Origin: Azolla caroliniana | Taxonomy: Eukaryota > Plantae > Polypodiophyta | Reading direction: 5' to 3' | Length of the DNA: 64,000 nucleotides | Assembly (NCBI GenBank): GCA_043228905.1 | Contig: JBHGNT010000010.1 | Coordinates: 1,426,001 to 1,490,000 of the forward strand | Shown here: positions 12,394 to 22,900 of the stretch, in pieces | How positions within the stretch are numbered: position 1 is the first letter of the stretch | How the letters are laid out: every line of letters starts with the position of its first letter | Position numbers and translations under genes: made by a program | Notes under the pieces: generated by a model | The model's database searches: none | The model's input: only the letters and a program-made list of their open reading frames with translations | Told to the model about the DNA's origin: nothing

Positions 12394-15300
12394 ATGTCTT
12401 CAAAGAGAATCGAGCGCGAGGACTCTAGGTAGGCCTCTGACACTGTGGACATTTTTGTAAATATGTTTCGTCGCTCAAGAACTCGATACGCTGTATCGAG
12501 TTCATAATTTGTTTTTCCTTTTTAAACGGGAACTCGATACGGCGTAGCGAGTTCCTGTTTAAAACCTACACTTTAAACAGGAACTCGATACGGCGTATCG
12601 AGTTCCTGTTTAAAACCTAAACATTAAACAGGAACTCGATACGCTGTATCGAGTTCCCGTTTAAAACCTACACTTTAAACACGAACTCGATACGCAGAGG
12701 AACTCGATACGGCGTATCGAGTTCCTGTATAAAAGAAGGCTCTGAGAGAGAAAATTTGTGTTTTTGGGGTAACAAATAATTATGGTGTGGAAAAGATATC
12801 AAATTGTCTGGCAAAATCAGTCTTTTTTATGTTGACTTTCCTTACTTTTTAAAAAAAACATGCTCTAATTATAGGTGTTTTATGACCTACTTTAGCTTAA
12901 AATAGTAGAAAATGATCCACAAATTGCCTTTACGATAGCAAATTCTCCTCAATACAGGTTTGGAATCTATATAAGTCATACCTACTATTTAAAAGAATAT
13001 ATAACCCTATTTACTTATTACGATATATATTTTCTAGGTTGAATAGCCCTACCTATAATAGATTTTTGAATATAGGACTGCTAGTGGGAACTGTTCTTCA
13101 TGTTAATATACAACCTTAATCTACGTGACTACCTAACGTATGTTTTTGCATATACTTTCTTAAATAAGTCGTTTGAGAACCTGTCGAACCGACCCGTGAA
13201 GAAAATAAAGCTTCGCATACAAGGTTCTCCAATCGAAGCCCAGACCAAGGTAGCTCCTGAGACCATGAAGAGAGGAAAAAAGCTTCTCTTTAACGAAGAG
13301 ACAAAATCTCAGCCACATAGTGATGTTAGCCAAAAGAAACTTGTCGCCGCTACTGGAGGTGAAGACCTTCCTGACCGAGATCTAACGGACAAGGAATGGT
13401 GTATGCAATATGTCGACTCAAAGAAAATGTCGTATTGTATACAGCAAAGAAGAAGGGTGAGGGGCAGCTTGGAAAGGAAACCCCATTTATGTATGGCCGT
13501 ATTCTACGATTTGACTACGAAGATGCAGATTTGGCCAACATACTGGTAATGATAGAGTGCTCCAAGGGGGTACGTAAAGTGTTCCGTTCAGAAGACCTTT
13601 TAGTAAAGGAATCTTGTGGGCCAGAAGCGTTCAAAAAAGCACTTGATAGCTCACAAAACCTTATTGTTACCTTGAGGCCTTATATACAAGGCCATGTAAC
13701 TCTAAGAGATGAAGTGCCCTCCCCATTGAAGGCCACAAAAAGGGTATCCAAAGTCCAGTCAAGACCACCAAAGAAGAAGACAACCAAAATGTCGGATATG
13801 GATTCAACAAGTGAAAACGAAGAGGAGGATAATAAGGGGACGCCAGGAGCTAAGCTGGCCTCGGGTGTTTTGTCATCCGAGCAGAATAAGATAAGGAGAG
13901 AGTTAATGCAACGGAAACTGGTCAGGAAAGGGCAAGTGTTTAATTTGCCTATAACACACATCCATCGGCCCCCTATTGATGAAAAAACAGGTCGACGACC
14001 ACTTGAGATTAGAGAGCCACACCGCATGCATGTTCAAAATCTCAAGAAAAAAATGAAAATTAATCCTCATGCCACTGTGGTGCCTTTTATGTTATGGTAG
14101 ATCCTGAAGAATGTGAAACCATTGAAGATTTTGATATTAGAAAGCATGGTCAATATAATTATTTTGTCATTGGTGGATCGCATTTTGCAGAGGCACGTCG
14201 GCAACTTGTGAGAGAACATCCAACAACTTTCTTCTTCAAGTATGCAGAGTGCAAAATTTATGTTGGGCTCACAACCGAAGAGGCTAAGCTGTTGGCATGG
14301 GACCATAATAATGATAATGACTATAGGCAGAAAATGTCGTCCATTGAGCGTATACAGTTCTTCCACCACGAGTATTTAGACGTGAAACAAAAGTTTGGTG
14401 TGAAGTTACATCCAGGCCTTCGACGTCAATGTCTGCATGAAGTCGGCATTGTGGTAGATGATAATGTTAGGTCCGATGGTCTTCGAAAGTATGAGTCTTG
14501 GTTTCAATTGGCGTTTAGAGATGGAGAAGTATGGGACCTACAAGATCAAATCTTCTCAATGTGGGAGAATAAGGAGGTAAAGGGTCAACGACAAAAGAAA
14601 TGTAGGGTTGACCCTCAACTAGAGTTAAAGTCACAAGCCGCCAAGAAAATTGACTTGACAATTGAAGAAGCGGCAGACGACATGAAGCTGTCTCTATGGA
14701 GAGCGATGCAAGGTATTAAGGATGAGCAGCTTCTTGTGTCGGTTTTGTCAAGGGTTGTGGCGAAAGATTTAAGCCTTGAAGAAATGGTCACTAAGTTCAA
14801 TAAGTAAGTCTGTCAAATACTGAAATTGTAGTCTATCTGGTGTAATTCAAAGTTCTAATCTTGATTTCTAATTTTACAGTCATAAGGTGTACATGAAGAT
14901 CCAAGAAGTTATGATGAAACAACTTGGATGTATAACTTGGGAACAAGTGACCGAGGATTATCCTCTAACGTCTTCGTATAAGGCGTTATCAGAGTATTTT
15001 ATTGCATTCAAGGATTGGGTTAGTATTCATGGTTTTTCATTACCCTTTCATCATATGTAGAGCTTGTATAATAATACCTGATGTCCTATTGCTTCTATTA
15101 GAAACCGTGTCGAGGCAAGAAACAAGGAGAAGTTAAGGATATACACGATTTCCCTACATCCTCCCTTGCACATCTCGAGCGAGCTAGAAAAGAAAAGGAT
15201 CGTCGCTTAGTCAAGGCGTACGAAATGGAGGAAGATGGCTCCTTTAAAAAGTTTAGCCACAAAAAAGATATTACGAGAGATCTTTACTACAATGTGGTTT

Positions 15301-16391
15301 GCGGTGATGTCATCGACTTGATCCAGAAGGTGCCAAAGAAGGAATATACGCTAATGATTGCGGATATTCCTTACGGATTTCGAATGGCTGGGTCATCATA
15401 CAACAATGAACCGTTTAGGTTTAAACATTTGGAGAAGATGGTCAAGGATTTCGTTGAGCTAACGACCGCATCCTTGTGGCGAATAGTTGTCTTTCATAGT
15501 ATGGACCAAGGATACTCGGTAGCTCAAGCTTTGAGATCTCGTTGCCATGGCATCGAGAACCTTGCATGGTAAGGATTATTTATAGGTGTCTTTCACTATA
15601 TTGCATTTCTTAAGGTTGTTGAATCTATTCTTAACTCGATGAATTATTTTTTATAGGATCAAGACCAATGTAAATAGAGGGCCAACTTTTCGGTTCGTTA
15701 ATGCCATTGAATACATAACGGTTGGCTACTTCGATGAAATTAAGAAACAAAGAATCAAAGAGCATTCTAATGAAGTGGGAGGTTCAAATCTGTTGGTATA
15801 TCCAGCAGTGACACGGAAATTGCGACATGTCACCACGACAGAACGGGGACTTGTCAACCCATACCAAAAACCTCAACGACTTATGATGCGCTTGATCGAG
15901 ATGTTTTCTGTCGAAGGAGACTGGATATTAGATCTCTTTTCTGGCACAGGTATTCCTCGAACTAGGGTAACGATATTGAGATAACCAATCCCTTTTTTTT
16001 CGTTTGACAACTAAATCTTCTTGTTACTTACATCACAGGAACTACGTCTGCATGTGCATTGAAGCTTTTTAGAAATACAATTGCATTGGAGAAGGACGAG
16101 GACCAAGTTATATTTATTAATATGCGGATTAAGGCTTTGTGGGAATGCCCAGACCAGGATGAGGAGGTCGGTGCAAAGAACCTTGCCAATACAGAAAGGT
16201 TTCAACCTGCTTCACGAGAGCCTATTCCTCCATTAGCCGGCAAACCGGGGGAGCTAATAGAGCTTGATGATGAGCTTATAGAAGATATTTCGTTGGCTCG
16301 GCCAACAGGGGAAACCAATGCACGTATAGCCGAAGACAGTTCTACACAAGATGATGAAGAAAATAACGTTGCTGAATTGATTGCTATGTAA
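12394..16391 (+). pseudogene. Six-exon gene: ParB/Srx-like domain fused to a beta-class N6-adenine/N4-cytosine DNA methyltransferase (~970 aa), disrupted
   Basis: Exons 12394-12428, 13168-14803, 14880-15018, 15102-15568, 15657-15949 and 16039-16391, with GT-AG introns (the intron 1 acceptor appears mutated AG>AA). Motifs YFVIGGSHFAEARRQL, GDVIDLI, LMIADIPY, WIKTN, NPYQKP, GDWILDLFSGTGTT and RNTIALEKD. Frameshifts at ~13420 and ~14090. Confidence 0.88.
12478..12730. repeat. Tandem palindrome array in MTase intron 1 of copy A, 51-bp period
   Basis: AACTCGATAC-N3-GTATCGAGTT cores at 12480, 12531, 12582, 12633, a half site at 12684, and 12701. Arms extend to TTTAAACAGG...CCTGTTTAAA. Confidence 0.93.
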
Positions 16392-16527
16392 TAGACTCTA
16401 TGAAGAATATGATATTGACGATTTGTTAAGATTTCACATTATTAATACAAATTTTGGGTTTTACCTAGTGGATTCTATTATTTATAATCTTCTATATGTT
16501 TCAATTTTATTTTTATATACTTGATTA

Positions 16528-16940
16528 GTAGATTTATGACATTGGTTTCACCGCGTGCGTAGCTGACTACCAAACTTATGGAGAAACATGAACTAGTTTA
16601 AATGGAGGCTGATTTTGGTGCAAGCTAACCTTAACAGAACATGGCCCTATAATTGTTGCCATGACTGTCCATGTTGTTATTATGGATCTTTGTCTTCTAT
16701 TGTTAAAACTATTATGTTTCTATTCCATTATGACATTGGTAGATTTATGACATTGGTTTCACCGCGTGCGTAGCTGACTACCAAACTTATGGAGAAACAT
16801 GAACTAGTTTAAATGGAGGCTGATTTTGGTGCAAGCTAACCTTAACAGAACATGGCCCTATAATTGTTGCCATGACTGTCCATGTTGTTATTATGGATCT
16901 TTGTCTTCTATTGTTAAAACTATTATGTTTCTATTCCATT
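16528..16940. repeat. Near-exact ~200-bp tandem duplication downstream of the MTase gene
   Basis: GTAGATTTATGACATTGGTTTCACCGCG...TATTCCATT starts at 16528 and again at 16739. Confidence 0.9.
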
Positions 16941-17612
16941 GCTGCTTAGATTGTGTAGTGTGTTGATAATGGTTCCAGTTGCGTTATCGTTCGGAGTTTG
17001 ATCTTGTGTGAATCACCTAATAAATAGAATAGATCAATTTTAAATACAGGTATGAAAGCCTAATAGGTTTGTTATTTCCACGACATTATCCTAAAGTTCA
17101 CTGCCTTACATTGTCCACAATTATAAACATATGGTTTGATCCCATATGAACAAACTGAGGAATAGATTAGATCAACTTTAAATACAAGTATTGAATACTT
17201 TAATAAGTTAGTTATTCCAATCACTTATCCTAATGTGCACTATCCTACATTTTCCACAATTACATACATGCACGTATGGGTCAAAGTATAAATTATATCT
17301 CATTTTATTAGTATGGATACAAGTACACCTGATATTTTTGTAAAACTTACCTAATTAATATAAGTCTTTAAGTTAGTGTTTCCCTTGTCGCACAGTAGTG
17401 ACATATTGAGCCATAGTTGAACTTTATTATGCCTACATTAACTTATCAACATGTCTAAACTTGCATGATTTCTAATGATCTCCACTCGTAGATCTATCAT
17501 GTATTTTTATATTTGCAAATTCTCATCAAGTTGAGGAACATGTGATACTAGTGCATCCAATTTTTGTAGAGAGGGTGTATTTGCTTCGTTTTAAGAAGAT
17601 TCTACAAGTGGA

Positions 17613-17648
17613 ATGCGCAATCCTTCCACTTGTGAACGCGAATGTGTT
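17613..17648 (-). repeat. Right terminal inverted repeat of copy A
   Basis: ATGCGCAATCCTTCCACTTGTGAACGCGAATGTGTT, followed by the TTCG TSD. Confidence 0.95.
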
Positions 17649-17923
17649 TTCGAGAGTCTGAGTATCACACTTTGATACAATGCTCTGCCTTTTATCATAT
17701 TCGACCATGCTTTCTACATCTCTTTGATCGAGCCCAATCCTTGCACGAATTTCTCTCACAACCACGATGTGCACTCTCGATTGCAACATTCATTGGTAAA
17801 GTTCTTGAACATCGAGAGTCGCTACTCACCTTCACACGTATCACGTTAAATGTAATATTTTTGGTCTCATAGGTCATATTTGACCTCCGAAGACGATAAT
17901 ATAATCTATCTATCTATCTATCT
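17649..17923 (+). mobile_element. 3' end of the RTE-like LINE with (ATCT)n tail
   Basis: Continues the frame RESEYHTLIQCSAF. Microsatellite tail at 17904-17923 is typical of RTE-clade 3' ends. Confidence 0.85.
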
Positions 17924-18377
17924 CACAACCACATTAGTGCGTCACTTCAGCTACTACAATTTCATTTCGTGTGATCATTCACTCTATCTCTGGAATTCTC
18001 CTAAAGAAGGAAATAACACTGGCAAAGATCATTTCGTCGTCGTCGTCGCCCGCTAAACGTTGCACACCACCACATTACCGCCGCCTACACATCAATCCAC
18101 TGCATCGCTGATTCTAGTTTGGGTGTGTCATCGACAACCAAGAACAACCCGACAATAAACCTAAAACAATGAATTCATCTCCTCCATAACCACTAGCGGA
18201 TAGAGGCCCGATGCTTTTCTGCGCCTGTGTGACACGCACATCGCGGTGTTTGGCACGTGTGTCACGTGCCACACGACAACGCGTACCTTTGCGACAACGC
18301 ATACTTGCTTGTAAATGCATTTTTGCTTCTAGTGTTATACCAATGCACCTTTATAGACTGGATTTGATTTTGGGTAT

Positions 18378-19584
18378 TGTGAAATCAATTTTTGCTCGTA
18401 AGAAAAGATCGCGGGAAATACATTGGATACTAAGGTGTATAAGAATAAAGCATGATATGAAAGGTTTAAGAGTTAAAAGACGAAGGAACTTAAAGGGATA
18501 TAAAGTTAGAGGCGTTTTTGAAAAGTAGAAAAAGCAAGAAAAAAGAAAAAGGAAAAAAGACGCAACAAAAGTAGGGCAGAGAAAAAAGCTCATAACTTCT
18601 TCATCTAATATCCAAATTTCAAAAGAAACGATTCACAAGAAAGCTAACAAAGATAGCTTTCTTGTATAATAAATTTGAGATGACAAAGAAGAAATAGTTA
18701 TATAAAAAATGCCTCACATAAACTTGAGGATATGTAAAAAGAAAAGAAAAGAAAAAAACAAGAATAACGCTATTATGGACTAGTGTCATTGAGATTAACT
18801 TCGTTCTTTGGTGGGTTGTTCTTTATAGAGTCCAAGAAGATTGTATTCTTTTCCTAAATAGTATATTGAATTATTCTTTTCTCTTCCTCTTCTCTTCTCT
18901 ATCTTTTTTCTATATCTCCTATCATTTTGGCGCTCGAGGGGCTAAATGTGAAGTCAATTTTTGTTCGTAAGAAAAGACCATGGAAAATACTTTGGAGCTA
19001 AGGTGTATATGAATAAAGCACAATATGAAAGGATCAAGTATTAATAGAGTAAGGAACTTAAAGGGATATAAAGTTAGAGGTGAAAAAGTAGGACAAAAGA
19101 AAAAAGAAAAAAACGCAAAAAAATCGAGGTAAAGAAAAAAGCTCATAACTTCTTCACCTCATATCCAAATTTCCAAAGAAAAGATTCGTAAGAAAGCTGA
19201 CAAAGAGAGCTTTGTTGTATGACAAAACAGAGATAATGATATGAAAAATGCATCACATAAACTCGAGGATATATAAAAAGAAAAGAAATGAAAAAAGCAA
19301 GAATAACGCAACCAAAAACCTATAAATATGTGGGGTAGGAAGAATAGAAGATCGACAAGAAGGGAGGAGTAAAAAGAAGGCTAGAATAAGTAAGAGGAGT
19401 CTTTGTAGAAGAAAGAAAGAAGAAGGAAAGACTATCATGAACTAGTGTCATTAAGATTAAAGTAATTCTTTGGGGTTGTTATTTTTGGAGTCTAAGAAGA
19501 TGGTATTGTTTTCCTAATAGTATATTAATGAATTCCTTTCTCTTCCTCTTCCTCTTCTCTATCTTTTTCTATATCTCTCCATCA
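18378..19584 (+). mobile_element. Two-LTR mini-element (TRIM-like or internally deleted LTR element) inserted in the copy B transposase
   Basis: Direct repeats 18378-18924 and 18947-19584, each TGTGAA...ATCA. 22-bp interior TTTTGGCGCTCGAGGGGCTAAA (PBS-like plus purine run). Flanks GGTAT/GTTAT. Transposase homology continues on both sides. Confidence 0.7.
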
Positions 19585-19851
19585 GTTATCATGCATCACC
19601 ACATCTAAAACCTTACCAATCCAAAATTGGTGCCCCAACTCATTATCATCAATAGGTGTAGCAATTAATATCCCCACCTTGAGTTCTTGCAAATTTCCTT
19701 ACCACCTAGCTTTAACTATTTTTGTCATCCTTGGTTCAACATAAATGTCTCTTTGTTGTGGATGGAGCAAGTTTTCATTAATCGCATTAGGTGCAGGAAG
19801 AGGAGTCTGAGAATCACGAGAGTGCTATATAGACCATGTAAAGGGGATTTG

Positions 19852-19939
19852 TGTTGGAGACAAGGTCGTCTATGCGGAAGATCAAGAAGCATTCGATTCT
19901 GTTCTGTACCTGCGTATGACAGTTTCTAGGTCGTTGCAC

Positions 19940-19982
<43 letters not shown>

Positions 19983-22900
19983 CACAAAACGACTCTTTCT
20001 ATTCCATAAAGCAATAATACAACCCAACCTTACAAAAAGGTTACAAGGTCACTATATATAGTGACAGACTTAGGGCATCTACCATTTATGCTAATTACAC
20101 AAATGGCCCAAACTTGATCTATACAAAGGGATAGTGTGAATACGTCCATTATACACTTGTATTCGACACTCCCCCGTAATGGGCGTATACATGGGTTATC
20201 TAAGATTACAGGCATAAACCTAGGTTCTCAGACATATCAGTTTTGTTCGAGTCGGCAGGGTCCGAAGGCAGAAGACCGAACTGGTCGGGTCGGAAGAGTT
20301 GAAGCCGATCATTAAGGAACTGATGTCGGTTGTCGGAAACCATTCTGCGATGTGTCCGGCTCTAACCAGACTGGTTTGTCGTTACGCCCATCTGATGCCG
20401 AAGGGACCGAAAGCGGTCTGCCGAAAGACACTTGGTCATTCCATCTGCGACATTGTCGGTTGTGGATATTTTCTCTAGACCGATTTTCCCTGAAATGACG
20501 CAGTCCCGAACGAAGTGATATCGAACGTCGATATGTTTGGAGGCGTTGTGGTGAACCGGATTTTTCGACAAGGCAACAGCACCTTGACTGTCGCTATAGA
20601 CAACTGGGGCCGAGTCATGGTCGACTTGTCGAAACGTGTGCGCCAGCCGGCCGAGCCACAAAGCTTCTTTTGCAGTGTCGGACGCAGCTACATATTCTGC
20701 TTCGGTCGTTGAGGTCGCTGTGCACTCCTGAAGTTTCGACTTCCACGAAATTGCTCCATTGCCGAATTTGAAGCAGTATCTAGTTGTTGATTTCCGACTG
20801 TCTATACAGCCGGCGAAGTCCGAGTCGGTGTAACCGACTACGCCTGTAGTTGAGTTCGGGCCGAAAAGAATGCCGTGGTCTTTTGTGCCAGCCAGATATT
20901 TGAACACATGCTTGACTGCGTTCCAATGCGATCGACCAGGATTGTGCATAAATCTGCTAACGACTCCTACGGCATGAGAAATATCAGGCCGTGTCGCGAC
21001 CATCAGGTACATAAGGGAGCCGACTGCCGGTGCATACGGTACCGACTTCATATCTTCCCCCTCCGGACCGGATGTCGGGCAGTCTCGCTGAGAGAGCCGA
21101 AGATTCATGGGGAGCGGGGTTGAAGCAGATTTGGCTGATTGCATGTTGAAGCGTTCCAAGACACGTCCGATATAGTCGGTCTGAGACAAAAAAAGATGTC
21201 GTTGATCGCGATGCCGACTAATCTTCATGCCAAGTATGTGTCGTGCCGGACCGAGGTCCCTCATGGCAAACTTCAACCGCAGTTGCCGAATGAGATCGGC
21301 AAGTTCGCCCGCGTGGCGTCCAGAAATTAGCATGTCGTCCACGTAAATGATGAGGAAGATGGGTGATCCATCTTGAGCTGTGTTGGTAAAAAAACAATGG
21401 TCCTCATCGCTTTTTGAGAAGCCGATCGATTGGATGAAGTCGTCGAACTTCTTGTACCATTGTCGCGGTGCCTGTTTGAGGCCGTATAGACTCTTCCTGA
21501 GTCGGCAGACTAGATGTTCTTGGCCAGTTGCCACGAAGCCTTTTGGCTGCTCCATATAAATTTCCTCTTCAAGATCACCATGGAGGAATGTTGTTTTGAC
21601 ATCTAGCTGAATCAGCTCCAAGTTGTCGGCTGCCACTACGCCGAGTAGAAAACGAAGAGTTGTCATTTTCACCACTGGTGAAAAAATCTCGTCGAAGTCG
21701 ACGCCATATTCTTGTCGGAAGCCCTTCGCAACTAATCTGGCCTTGTACTTTGGGGTGGTCGAATCAGACGTCTCTTTTAGTCGATAAACCCACTTGCAAG
21801 GAAGAGCACGTCGGTTCCTAGGTAATTCGACCAGATCCCAAGTCTTGTTTGCCCGAATGGAGTGCATTTCCGACTCCATCGCCAGATGCCAGGTGGCGGA
21901 ATCGACAGATGTCGATGCTTCTTCGTAAGACGTCGGTTCGCCAGCGTCGGTGAAGAAAATTCCAGGAGAATACCTCTCCGGAGGTTGCGACAGTCTCTCG
22001 GATCGTCGAGGTATGATTGGACTGGTCGCATCGGGTATCGAGGTCGGATGGTCCGAAAGCTGCTGTGCCGAGTCAGAGTTGTCCGAATCGGTAGTGTAAG
22101 GTTCAGCTACCCGTGAAGCTGACCGTGTGTTAAGAGCGGGGCCTTCTTGAAGGGTCGGCACATCGGAAAATATTACCCTTCGGACTTCGATCGGTGTTTT
22201 GACTGATGGATTCATAGCCGACTCGTTGAACACAACGTCCGAACTTCGGACGATTTGTCTGCGTTCGGGATCCCAGAGTCGGTATCCCATTTCGCCGTCG
22301 GATCCATATCCAAGGAAAATGCATTTCCTGGACCGAGGTGCAAGTTTTCGGCGATCATCTTTCGGAATAAGGGCGTACGCCTCGCATCCGAAGATCCTCA
22401 GCTTGTCGTAATTCGGCTTACTGCTGATCCATAGTTCCTGAGGAATTTGAAGTCCTAGAGGTCTGCTTGGCGACATATTGATTATGTGTACTGCCGTGAG
22501 TAGAGCCTCTGCCCAGAAGCCATCTGACAGTCCGGAGTGTTGGAGCATGGAAACTATCCGTTCTTGGATTGTCCGATTCATGCGTTCGGCAATCCCGTTT
22601 TGCTCCGGACTGTGTGGTGCCGTAAATTCACGTCGGATGCCGCGTTGTCGGCAGAATTTGACGAATTCTTCTGATTTGAACTCTCCCCCATTGTCGGTCC
22701 GAAAGCATTTCAGTTTTCGGTCGGTTTGATTTTCTACCATAGCGAGCCAATCGGAGAAGATCGAGAAGACACGATCTTTGGTGCGAATTGGATAAGCCCA
22801 CACCTTTCGAGTCGAATCGTCAATAAAACTGACGAAGTAAGAGGCACCGCCGAGAGACTGATGCGGCATTGGGCCACAGACGTCCGAGTGGACCAAATCG

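Larger units (their letters stand above)
8395..17648. mobile_element. Complete TIR DNA transposon, copy A (Sola-like transposase plus ParB-like/amino-methyltransferase gene, head-to-head)
   Basis: TIRs 8395-8430 and 17613-17648 match at 34/36. TSD TTCG at 8391-8394 and 17649-17652. Excision restores the LINE zinc knuckle CTLCPKQVRESEYHTLIQC. Confidence 0.95.

Noticed and set aside
12220-12452. ORFs with QSV/QST or LCV repeats
   Set aside because: By-products of 9-bp 5' UTR repeats. The upstream ATG precedes the TATA box, and copy B supports a start at 12394.
12478-12730. CRISPR-like array of palindromic repeats
   Set aside because: Spacers are short and near-constant rather than unique, there are no cas genes, and the array lies in a spliceosomal intron.
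12394-16391. Bacterial contamination or a restriction-modification system as the source of the MTase
   Set aside because: The gene has GT-AG introns at positions shared by two copies, sits within TIRs inserted in a plant LINE, and has no neighbouring restriction endonuclease.
18251-18335. Helitron 3' end (hairpin plus CTAG)
   Set aside because: The CTAG at ~18329 lies in sequence homologous to the transposase (cf. 9100-9150), and the hairpin is too far upstream.
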